A stretch of 32,862 nucleotides of DNA from an uncultured archaeon (GTDB lineage: Archaea > Asgardarchaeota > Lokiarchaeia > Sigyniarchaeales > SOKP01), in NCBI GenBank assembly GCA_964493715.1, contig CAZBPC010000030.1:1-32862 (forward strand). Direction: 5' to 3'. Every line of letters starts with the position of its first letter. Position 1 is the first letter of the stretch. Made by a program: the position numbers and the translations under genes. The notes below the pieces were generated by a model. It was not told the DNA's origin and ran no database searches. It worked only from the letters and a program-made list of their open reading frames with translations. Shown here one piece after another: positions 17,750 through 26,416 of this stretch.

Positions 17750-18226
17750 TTATCTATTTTTGTAATACAACTTTTGGTTTTTTTCAACTTCAAATTTAAC
17801 TTCTGATTCTTCTTTAAAAAATAAGTCAATAATTTCCTTGTAGACTAGACCTATCAATATCATTTCCATAATGATATTTAAAAGGACAATTAAAATTAGC
17901 AGGTTTTGTAACTCTTTTGTAAATAGAAAGAGCATAAAAAACAGATGGGGTGTAAAAATAATATTTATAAAACCAAGTAATTTCACAAATCTTAAAATAT
18001 TTTTCAATTCTAATTTGAAAACACTTTTTGTTTTGAGACCAAAAAAAAAATAAATTACTGAAAAGATCAAACTGATAATGCATAGTATTACAATCAGATT
18101 TCGATCACTAGGTTCCAATGATAAATATGGTTTGAATACGATGGCCCCCGTCATTAGTGTGGTAGAAAAAAGTAAAATTGTGATTGAGGATGATATTAAT
18201 CCATCATGAAAAACCTTAAAATCCAT
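17750..18226 (-). CDS. 4-TM hypothetical membrane protein
   Basis: 158-aa ORF filling the gap, with four hydrophobic segments. Confidence 0.7.
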   Translation of the reverse strand: MDFKVFHDGLISSSITILLFSTTLMTGAIVFKPYLSLEPSDRNLIVILCIISLIFSVIYFFFGLKTKSVFKLELKNILRFVKLLGFINIIFTPHLFFMLFLFTKELQNLLILIVLLNIIMEMILIGLVYKEIIDLFFKEESEVKFEVEKNQKLYYKNR

Positions 18227-18334
18227 ATGATCATATTAGTTTTTTAGGGATTAAAAATGTTTAATGAAGTCTAAATTTTTTAAAGATTAAAAGTAAAGAT
18301 AATATATTGCTAAATATAGAAATGTGAAAATCCC

Positions 18335-20026
18335 ATGAGCTTATTAAGTAATCAAGAAATAGAATCTTTAAAGGAGGATTATCCAAAAAAGAAAATCTTA
18401 CGATTTATATTCTTGACAATAGGACTTGTATTTATACTTATTGGATTCTTATTTTTCATCTTAGGTTTCGACTTTGATGTCATTATCTTGGATATGAATT
18501 TCTCCTTAGTAATTGATATCATTATAATATTAATTGGAATGATAATTACTTCAAAATATTTCATTACATCATATGAATTACGAGAAAACTCAATTGTCTT
18601 TAAGAGAATGAGAGATATGAGAGAACCCATCGATAAACATATTAAATTCAATTCATTTGCATTTACCAGATTAGCTGCTGCCATATTATTAACGATCGCA
18701 GGGTTACTATCTCTATTGGTATTTGGAACGGATATTGGTCATGAGGTCCCTTATGGGAGTGCTGTTTTTTTGGGAGGTCCTTCATGGTTTTACGTGACAG
18801 GGATACCAGCATTAGGATTTGGATTAAGTCTTTTATTATATTGCTTTTTAAGCTTATTTTGGGGCATATTTTCACATTCAAAAAATTTTTTTTTTTTCTA
18901 TGAAATTAGACCAGGATTCCCGTGGTTAACAGAAGTTCCAACGAAAGATATTGAGGCGATTCGATATCAAAATAATCATTTGGGTCCAAAACTTACGTGG
19001 ATTCCAGCTTTATTCCCTTTTATAGTTATGCAACTTATGACAGCAATACCGCTATTTAGTGCTGAACGTGCTGCTCCTGAACACGTATTATCTTGGGTTT
19101 TTGTTATAATATCTATCTTGGAAATAATCGCTTTATTAATTCTCGTGTGTTTCCAACAAAATTTTTTTGAGATTGCTACAGAATCTAAAGTGTATGAGAT
19201 GTGGTTTTCACCCATCAAATTTAAGAAATTATCTCGTTTTAAAGATCATTTTAGCACGTTTTTAGGATGTGATGTTGATGTTCGAGAAGGTCAAAAAACA
19301 AATATCGGAACTTTTGAAGATTTAGATAATACACATCTTCAAACGTTTAACTTGGAATTTGGTTTAATCTTGGTAATATTGTCTCTGATCATGCTAATAA
19401 ACATGCTTTTCTTTGGTCAATTAGTTTGGTGGCTAGCTTTAATATATGGTTCTATTTTGCTCCTTAAAGCTTTTAGCTATGATTTTAGTGATAAAAATGG
19501 AGATGTTTTCATTTATAGCGAGAAATCAAAAGAATTTTCCTTTAGAAGAATATTCCAATATAAATTTCAATATATAACAGCCAAAAATGTTGAAGCCATT
19601 TCTGTTAAAAAATGGTTTAGAAAATTAGATGCATTTGATATAGTATTCATTACAGGGCTGCTTATTTTCATAGTCTCTCAACAAGGTTTTGGATGGTGGC
19701 TCGCAGATTCATACACATTAATTTTAGATAATATCTTCAGCACTATAATTTTGATAATCATTATTATAGGAATTTTCTACTTTCTTTGTTTCCCAATTGA
19801 CGTGATTGAATTTAAAACGGCAACCATAAAATATAGGATACCAGTCACCACAAAATTAAAATATGATAATATATATGATAAATATGTAAAAGAATTTGCT
19901 AAATTTTTAAAAAGCAATCAAGATAAAGATATGAAAAAAACCTTTTTCATACGATTAGGAGTGCTGAGCCTAATCATTGTTGGAGTGGTTTTATACGTTT
20001 TGATCTTTTTTCTATTTTTCTTCTAA
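18335..20026 (+). CDS. Multi-pass membrane protein with an apparent internal duplication
   Basis: About 11 TM segments in pairs separated by beta-rich soluble stretches. Confidence 0.75.
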   Translation: MSLLSNQEIESLKEDYPKKKILRFIFLTIGLVFILIGFLFFILGFDFDVIILDMNFSLVIDIIIILIGMIITSKYFITSYELRENSIVFKRMRDMREPIDKHIKFNSFAFTRLAAAILLTIAGLLSLLVFGTDIGHEVPYGSAVFLGGPSWFYVTGIPALGFGLSLLLYCFLSLFWGIFSHSKNFFFFYEIRPGFPWLTEVPTKDIEAIRYQNNHLGPKLTWIPALFPFIVMQLMTAIPLFSAERAAPEHVLSWVFVIISILEIIALLILVCFQQNFFEIATESKVYEMWFSPIKFKKLSRFKDHFSTFLGCDVDVREGQKTNIGTFEDLDNTHLQTFNLEFGLILVILSLIMLINMLFFGQLVWWLALIYGSILLLKAFSYDFSDKNGDVFIYSEKSKEFSFRRIFQYKFQYITAKNVEAISVKKWFRKLDAFDIVFITGLLIFIVSQQGFGWWLADSYTLILDNIFSTIILIIIIIGIFYFLCFPIDVIEFKTATIKYRIPVTTKLKYDNIYDKYVKEFAKFLKSNQDKDMKKTFFIRLGVLSLIIVGVVLYVLIFFLFFF

Positions 20027-20075
20027 TTTAATTTTTATTGGAAAAGATTTAATCTTTATTTGAACTAATTTTTTC

Positions 20076-20348
20076 ATGTCAGATCAATTAAAACTAGTTA
20101 TGTATCTTAAGACAATGATCTCGGATTTGGTCTACATTAATAGTATTATGGCAACTGAATTAATTAAGATCAATGAAAATTTAGCTGTTCTTAGACACGG
20201 AGAAGATTTTTTAAAAAATAGTACTTGTATTGCTGAACACGCAGCTATTTCAAAACATATAATTAAGATTATTGATAAATATAATAAAAGTGATAGTGAT
20301 CTCTTAAGGAAAGAAGATTTAGAGAAACATGTCCTAAAACACGATTAG
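20076..20348 (+). CDS. Small helical hypothetical protein
   Basis: 90-aa ORF, co-oriented, 5 bp before the next gene. Confidence 0.7.
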   Translation: MSDQLKLVMYLKTMISDLVYINSIMATELIKINENLAVLRHGEDFLKNSTCIAEHAAISKHIIKIIDKYNKSDSDLLRKEDLEKHVLKHD

Positions 20349-20353
20349 AAAAA

Positions 20354-21076
20354 ATGAAAGAAATGATTATTACAGAAGAGAAGGTTGATATTCCAATTAC
20401 AGGAACCAATTTAAATTTGAAAGGTTCAATCTATTATTCAGATCAAACTCCAAATAAAGCACCATTCATCATTAATGTTGCAGGATTAAATCAGCATAGA
20501 GGGAAATTCTTAGAAAAATTCTATTCAGAGCAATTTGCTTCAAGAGGATATTATGTTTTAGGCTATGATCACAGAGCACATGGTGAAACAAGCAAGCAGA
20601 CAGGTTCTATATGGCTAAAACATTTAAATGAGATTTTCAACGATATTAATCGTGTCATTACGTGGATATTAAAAACTCAGACAAAACGTCTTTTAAATGA
20701 TCAAATCGCCATGTTTGGACGAAGTTTAGGAGGTGCCATGATTCTAACAAAAGGATATTCCGATGATAGGGTTCATAAATTAATAGCATTATGTGCTAGG
20801 TATGATTATCATACCACACGAGTCAAATTTCCCGAGGATGTTATATTCAATATCAGTCCCATGAATGTTTTAAAAAGAGAAGTTGATAATAATTCAAGAA
20901 TTCTAATTGCACATTGTAGAGATGATGAATTTATACCTTTTGAAAATTTAAAACAAATAAAAGATCATTTCGGTCTAAGTGATAACAATGTTATTGAATA
21001 TGATACTGGAGGACATACTTTTAGTGGTCATAGAGAAGAAATAATTCAACGTGTAGTAGAATTTCTTAAATTTTGA
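20354..21076 (+). CDS. Alpha/beta hydrolase
   Basis: YDHRAHGET, nucleophile elbow GRSLGG, D in DDEFIP, H in GGHTF. Confidence 0.9.
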   Translation: MKEMIITEEKVDIPITGTNLNLKGSIYYSDQTPNKAPFIINVAGLNQHRGKFLEKFYSEQFASRGYYVLGYDHRAHGETSKQTGSIWLKHLNEIFNDINRVITWILKTQTKRLLNDQIAMFGRSLGGAMILTKGYSDDRVHKLIALCARYDYHTTRVKFPEDVIFNISPMNVLKREVDNNSRILIAHCRDDEFIPFENLKQIKDHFGLSDNNVIEYDTGGHTFSGHREEIIQRVVEFLKF

Positions 21077-21127
21077 ATTAAAAAATAAATTAGAAGAACA
21101 CTATTCTAATATATTGAGGTTTAAAAA

Positions 21128-22036
21128 ATGGAGAAAATTTTAGTAATTGGCCCAGCATCCCAATTGTTAGGTATAAGAATCAGAAGAGAATTAGGAATAA
21201 AATCAGTTAATACCGAGACAAAAATTTTCCCCGATGGAGAAAATTATCTGAGGATTAATGTTGATGATGAAAACCTTATCAAAAATAAGGAAGTTATCAT
21301 CCTCCAATCGATGGGACCAAGTTCCAGAGTGAATCAAAATGCTCGTTTTCTTGAATTATTAATGATGATTGAATCGGTAAAAGTGATGGGTGCATTTAAG
21401 ATAATTGTCATTGTCCCATATCTCGCATATGCTCGCCAAGACAAGCTATTTAGGGTTGGAGAGTGTACATTTGTAAAAAATATTCTGAAAATTATCAATT
21501 CATTTGGTATCGATGAATTTTTAACTGTAGATATTCATAATCCTGAGGTATTAGAAGAACTATCATGCAAAGCTATTAATATTGATTCAATGTCTATACT
21601 TGCTGAATATATCCAATCACGTGGAGCAAAAGATATTGTTGTTGTGTCTCCGGACAAGGGAGCTATCGAGAGGTCTAAAGCTTTTGCGCGTCATTTTGGA
21701 GAAAAAGTTCCTGTCGACTATTTTGATAAGATCAGAGATGTAAAAACTGGAGAAATCACCATGAAGGGGCAATTAAGTTTAAAGAATAGAGATGTGATTA
21801 TTGCCGATGATATAATCGCTACTGGTGGTACAATGGCGCAAGCAATAAAAATAACTAAAGAAAGTGGAGCTAATAAAGTTTTTGCCGTTGCTACACATGC
21901 ATTGATGTTACAACAAGCTACATATAAAATACTAGATGCAGGAGCAGATGAAATAATTGGAACTGACTCTATTGATAATGAAATGGCAAAAGTATCTCTT
22001 GCTAAAGTTATTATAGATTATCTAAAAAATAACTAA
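21128..22036 (+). CDS. prs: Ribose-phosphate pyrophosphokinase
   Basis: FPDGE, PYLAYARQDK, VDIH, SPDKGA, DDIIATGGTM. Confidence 0.95.
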   Translation: MEKILVIGPASQLLGIRIRRELGIKSVNTETKIFPDGENYLRINVDDENLIKNKEVIILQSMGPSSRVNQNARFLELLMMIESVKVMGAFKIIVIVPYLAYARQDKLFRVGECTFVKNILKIINSFGIDEFLTVDIHNPEVLEELSCKAINIDSMSILAEYIQSRGAKDIVVVSPDKGAIERSKAFARHFGEKVPVDYFDKIRDVKTGEITMKGQLSLKNRDVIIADDIIATGGTMAQAIKITKESGANKVFAVATHALMLQQATYKILDAGADEIIGTDSIDNEMAKVSLAKVIIDYLKNN

Positions 22037-22047
22037 CTTAAATTTTC

Positions 22048-22584
22048 TTATTGAATTAATTTTTTAATCAATTCTTTTGTCTTTATTTTTAAATCTGCAA
22101 TATTAGTATTATTTTCAATAGTATAATCAGCATTTTTGATTACTTCTTCTAAACCAAAACCTATTTCTCTTAGATCTCTTTCTTCAATATCAGATTTCTT
22201 ATTTGAATCATCCATTCGTGCCCTATTACTTATCCATTGGTATCTTAATTGATCATCTGCTACGATAGCTATAACGAGAAATTCCCAATATTTTTTAAAC
22301 ACGTTGACTTCAGCCATAGATCTTATACCATCAATGAAAATCGGGGATTTTTTATAGTTCTTTATAATCTCAACACATTTTTCAGCAACTATTTCGTCTC
22401 CGCCATTCTTACGGAGCTCTTTAGCGATTTTCCCTAAATTTTCATCTGTGGGCAATATTCCATTTTTTCTTGCTTCATTTCTGATAACATCTCCCATCAT
22501 TATGATTGTGCCTAATTTTGAAATTGCTTCGATGGCTGTTGATTTCCCAGAGCCCGGAAGCCCACAAAAGCCTAAAACCTTCAT
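22048..22584 (-). CDS. UPF0200 P-loop nucleotide kinase (archaeal dephospho-CoA-kinase-like)
   Basis: GLPGSGKS, MGDVIR, IDGIRS..E, ERD.RE..FG. Confidence 0.8.
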   Translation of the reverse strand: MKVLGFCGLPGSGKSTAIEAISKLGTIIMMGDVIRNEARKNGILPTDENLGKIAKELRKNGGDEIVAEKCVEIIKNYKKSPIFIDGIRSMAEVNVFKKYWEFLVIAIVADDQLRYQWISNRARMDDSNKKSDIEERDLREIGFGLEEVIKNADYTIENNTNIADLKIKTKELIKKLIQ

Positions 22585-22689
22585 ATTAACTAAAACTAAT
22601 TAATCATAAATATAAAAAATACTATAAAAGAATAAAAGGAATTCACATTATAATTAATTTGTCAAATTAGTTAATCGGTTGAATCTGGT

Positions 22690-23949
22690 ATGAAGAAGGA
22701 AAGCATTAAGCAAGAATTAGACGAACAAACAACAGGGCCAGAAGATAAACCAAATAATCACTTAGAAAATGGTTTTAACCAGAAATCCTCAGAATTTGAT
22801 GAATTATTGATTAACAATATGTTAATTGAGAAAATAGATCCACGAGTTTTTAAAACACCAGTCAAACTTACGATTAAAGCCTACACACGTATTATTAGTT
22901 ATGCTTTGAGATACGCTAGTGAGGCGATTTCAGAAAAGAATTGGAGGGAGGTCTATGGTATTCTTATTGGTTCAATTGATAATAACAAGATAGTTATAAT
23001 TAAAGATGCCATCCCCATGGTAGTTGGGGAAAGGGCAGGTGTCAAATATGAAAATAAACAGTACGTTGATATGGCTCAAATTGATGAATCTATCTATGAA
23101 CGCTCAATTCGAGATAAAAAGAATGATTTTATTATTGGTTGGTGGCATACTCATCCAGGATTTGAGTTTAGATTTTCAGATATCGACACGCAAACCCAAC
23201 TTGGTTACCAACTTCCAAATCCACTTGCTATCGCGCTAATCTTTAATCATTGTAAATTAAAATCGAATAAGTTTTTTCTCGGATTAGCAGCATTAAGATT
23301 ATTAAACCCAGAGAAAGGAATGTTTTCTAGCTATGATTACATAAAGTTGGAACTCGAAATAGAACAAGAACAAATGTTAAATGAAGCTCAAAAAATTGTT
23401 AAGGATAATGTTAAAAATCTTCCTAAAATCCTTAAAGAAATTAAATATGTTGACGATATTTTGCGAAAGAAAGCTCTTGCACAGTTACAAAGGAATTTTG
23501 GACTTATATTAGTGCCAAAAAGCGATATAATTATCACAGATAAAGAAAAAGATGCGGAAGAAGACGAGGGTTATTTATATGAATGGAATCCTGAATTTTC
23601 TAAGAAAAGCTTTCGTATTCCTAAATTTAGAGAAAAAATCGAAGAAGAAATCAAAGATTATGAAAAAATTTTACAAAAGATGCTTGAGTTAAACGAACTT
23701 AAAAAATTCGAACAAAAAAAAGATAAATTCAAGAAAAAAGTTCTTGCGAGATTGTCAAGACCAAATGATTGGTTTAACAAACTAAGTTCGGAGTTTACTA
23801 AAAGGATTGAAATCATATATCCTTATTATGATTATTTGGATACTAGTGAGAGAAAAATATTAGAACATTTTGAAAGTAGAAGTTTAGACTATAATAAAAT
23901 TTTAGATTCTCTAAATACCCGAGCGCAATTTAACCTAAGTTTGAAGTGA
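22690..23949 (+). CDS. MPN+/JAMM metalloprotease (Rpn11/CSN5-like) with a long helical C-terminal extension
   Basis: EVYGILIG plus GWWHTHPGFEFRFSDID, an intact E...HxH-x7-S-x2-D motif. Confidence 0.88.
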   Translation: MKKESIKQELDEQTTGPEDKPNNHLENGFNQKSSEFDELLINNMLIEKIDPRVFKTPVKLTIKAYTRIISYALRYASEAISEKNWREVYGILIGSIDNNKIVIIKDAIPMVVGERAGVKYENKQYVDMAQIDESIYERSIRDKKNDFIIGWWHTHPGFEFRFSDIDTQTQLGYQLPNPLAIALIFNHCKLKSNKFFLGLAALRLLNPEKGMFSSYDYIKLELEIEQEQMLNEAQKIVKDNVKNLPKILKEIKYVDDILRKKALAQLQRNFGLILVPKSDIIITDKEKDAEEDEGYLYEWNPEFSKKSFRIPKFREKIEEEIKDYEKILQKMLELNELKKFEQKKDKFKKKVLARLSRPNDWFNKLSSEFTKRIEIIYPYYDYLDTSERKILEHFESRSLDYNKILDSLNTRAQFNLSLK

Positions 23950-24050
23950 AAATGTAAATTAGAATAACTTTTATATTATTTGTATTATATTAATTACCTA
24001 GACTTCTTTTGCATCCCAATTAAATTAATATTTTAACGGTTAACTACTCA

Positions 24051-24407
24051 ATGCCTATTGAAACTACATATATAATTAAAAATCGCTCTGACAAAGACAA
24101 GGCTATTAAAGATGCCATTTTTGCGTTTTCTGGCGGCACTCGATCCTTACTCATAAAAGGAGAAGGAGATGAAATTTCAACTGCGGTAGAAGTGGCTGAA
24201 ATAATCAAAAATAGGATGTATCCCTCTCTAGAGATTGCTAACATTTCACTGGGAAGCCGACCATATTTTAACAACAGATCTCGTAGCTATGATAGGAATA
24301 ATAGAAATAATAGGAATAACAGGAATGATAGGAATAACAAGAATGATAAAAATTCCAAAGATTTAATATCTAAAATCGAAATAAAACTATCAAGGTCTAA
24401 TCAATAA
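24051..24407 (+). CDS. Divergent Alba-family nucleic-acid-binding protein with an R/N-rich insertion
   Basis: LLIKGEGDEISTAVEVAEIIKNR, NISLGS and ISKIEIKL match the Alba fold pattern. Confidence 0.8.
   Translation: MPIETTYIIKNRSDKDKAIKDAIFAFSGGTRSLLIKGEGDEISTAVEVAEIIKNRMYPSLEIANISLGSRPYFNNRSRSYDRNNRNNRNNRNDRNNKNDKNSKDLISKIEIKLSRSNQ
24291..24353 (+). repeat. Seven imperfect 9-bp tandem repeats encoding (D/N)-(R/K)-N
   Basis: gataggaat aatagaaat aataggaat aacaggaat gataggaat aacaagaat gataaaaat. Confidence 0.9.
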
Positions 24408-24408
24408 A

Positions 24409-24591
24409 ATGTCGTTTGAAAAACTAGGGCCATTATTAGGAGAAGCTAGAACAAGCAGTGTATGTATGATTTGTAACAATTTCATTTATAAAAGAATTTA
24501 TCGTGATGAGAATTCCTCGGGCAACCAAAAAATAGTGTTTGTTTGTAAAAACTGTCTTAGGAACAATCACCAAGCAGAGAATGCAGAATAA
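24409..24591 (+). CDS. Small zinc-ribbon protein
   Basis: CMIC...CKNC; starts 1 bp after the Alba stop. Confidence 0.7.
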   Translation: MSFEKLGPLLGEARTSSVCMICNNFIYKRIYRDENSSGNQKIVFVCKNCLRNNHQAENAE

Positions 24592-24606
24592 ATAAAAATT
24601 CTACAA

Positions 24607-25413
24607 CTAATTTGATAATTTCTTCTCTTGACGCTTATTGAAATATTTATCCCAATTAAAGGTCAAGATAAAAAACATCACACTCAGAGTTACTAATAAA
24701 AACATTGCTTCAGTAATTACGCTAGAGCTATCATTAATGTCTATGCCACTAGCAGCATATCCTAATATGAGGAATAATGGAAGAATAGCATAGAAAAAGG
24801 TAGTAATATTCTTGCCAAGCCATCCCCAAATTAAACACTTCGTAATATTTATTTTCTTATCTGACATGCCAAGTGCAATCCATAAAGGATCGTCAGGAAT
24901 GGGTAACGCTGCTGCTATAAAAATAAATAAATACATACTTTTTGGGTGTTCTAACAGTAATCTTCCAAATCCCTTGACATTTTTAAAGGTTTGAGTAGAA
25001 GTCCTTTTAACAACTTTTTTTGTCCCCAATCCTAGTAAAAAACTGAACATTTCTCCCAATATACTCCCTAAACCTCCAACAAAAGTAATCCCTAAGATTT
25101 CAAGCCAAAAAAAACCATTTCCAAAGATTTCACCCAAAAGCAAATATTTATAATAAATAGATTGTGATATGGAAAAAAGCACAAAAGGATAAGGTATAGG
25201 AAAACCAATACTTGCGTTTCCAATTAAACAAATGAAAAATGAGACTAGTAATGCAAGAAAATAATTCGATCCCTCAGTTAAAATTGCCATATTTTTTCTT
25301 GCATTGATAATTTCTGCTTGAAATTCAGGTATTGTTAAAAATAATAATAAATATATGATAATTGCTAGATAGAAAAACGTGAAAACAATAACTAATTTTT
25401 TAGGAACCGCCAT
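24607..25413 (-). CDS. DedA/VTT (SNARE-associated, Tvp38-like) membrane protein
   Basis: FPIPY, GSILGE..SFLLG, AALPIPDD, GWLGK. Confidence 0.75.
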   Translation of the reverse strand: MAVPKKLVIVFTFFYLAIIIYLLLFLTIPEFQAEIINARKNMAILTEGSNYFLALLVSFFICLIGNASIGFPIPYPFVLFSISQSIYYKYLLLGEIFGNGFFWLEILGITFVGGLGSILGEMFSFLLGLGTKKVVKRTSTQTFKNVKGFGRLLLEHPKSMYLFIFIAAALPIPDDPLWIALGMSDKKINITKCLIWGWLGKNITTFFYAILPLFLILGYAASGIDINDSSSVITEAMFLLVTLSVMFFILTFNWDKYFNKRQEKKLSN

Positions 25414-25435
25414 TATAAGGACATCATTATCATTT

Positions 25436-25825
25436 TTAACGTATTTTTGAAAATTTAGTATTTAAACCATTCTTAGCTTTCAGAAATAAATCTAGATTTT
25501 CTGTTACTTTTCCAATCTTACTAACTTTATAAGGCATCTCAAAATCTTCTAATAATATCAGCAATTCATCGCTTTTTGGATTATAAAGAATATCCCCTTT
25601 ATTTCCTTTTTTCTCTGATTTAGGATTTAAACCCTTATAGATTTCTACTCCTGGAAGAGACCAGTAATTCTTAGCATTAAAATTAAATCTTCCTCTCAAG
25701 GTAAATGGCATTTTTCTCAGAACGGCATCTGCACAAAATGCTGCAGAATGACGATTTATTACACCAATAATGCTACCAATGCCAAATAATTCAATTTTAA
25801 TAGAAACATCTCCAATATCAGACAT
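25436..25825 (-). CDS. Cyclophilin-like fold protein
   Basis: AVLRKMPF, KGDILYNPKSDELLILL, SKIGKVTENL pattern. Confidence 0.65.
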   Translation of the reverse strand: MSDIGDVSIKIELFGIGSIIGVINRHSAAFCADAVLRKMPFTLRGRFNFNAKNYWSLPGVEIYKGLNPKSEKKGNKGDILYNPKSDELLILLEDFEMPYKVSKIGKVTENLDLFLKAKNGLNTKFSKIR

Positions 25826-25915
25826 ATTCTATAATTATATGTATTTAGGCTATATATATTATTTCAAAAATTAGAAATTCATTTGGAGTAAATTTAGTAC
25901 CATGTAATAAGAACA

Positions 25916-25923
25916 TTTAAATA
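25916..25923 (+). promoter_or_regulatory. Putative TATA box for the intergenic RNA
   Basis: TTTAAATA preceded by purine-rich AAGAA, ending about 23 nt before the 5' arm of the closing stem; weak on its own in AT-rich DNA. Confidence 0.45.
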
Positions 25924-25945
25924 CCCAATTTGTTATAATAATAAT

Positions 25946-26416
25946 TGGACAATAGTAATGAAATTTGCATTGGTTTAAAGTTCATTAATTCGGTTTATCC
26001 TATAAACAAGTTATTGCTATTAATTTTATTGATTCATGCACTGTGGTATTGGTTTTAATCATCCCACCAATTCTCAAAACACACAGAGAAATTTAAATTT
26101 TTTACACACATCATTATTCGGTACATATTTACCGTAGTATGACCATGATATTTAATCTATAAAGCAGGATATAATTATTGAGGATTTATCTTTTAGATTT
26201 TCACGCTTGCTTTAATTAATGGAGAAATAAATGCCTTGATGCATAGAAATTTGAGCTCTTGTTGATATGAGATTTTTTTTTCATACTCGAGACAAATAAT
26301 CTTTAAGCATTTAAACGAAATTATAAAAAAGGAGCTTGAAAGTAAACGCTTCTGGAATATAAAGTAGTTCCGTACAATCTATGGTTCTTTCAAATTCGGG
26401 GCTACTATTGTCCACC
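25946..26416 (+). ncRNA. Candidate structured ncRNA of about 470 nt, family unknown
   Basis: No long ORF in a 579-bp gap; perfect 12-bp end pairing 25946-25957/26403-26414; many nested helices with G-U pairs favouring the + strand; upstream TATA and downstream T9. Confidence 0.55.

Noticed and set aside
17826-18083. Same-strand alternative-frame ORFs (also 23024-23239)
   Set aside because: Nested in longer coherent ORFs; no frameshift signal or domain evidence
24291-24353. CRISPR-like array
   Set aside because: 9-bp in-frame coding tandem repeat with no spacers
26036-26137. 33-codon ORF inside the intergenic gap
   Set aside because: Short, no SD and no recognisable motif; expected by chance
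25946-26414. MITE interpretation of the 12-bp inverted repeat
   Set aside because: No target-site duplication, no transposase and no second copy in the window; the promoter/terminator arrangement fits a transcript better, though a MITE is not fully excluded
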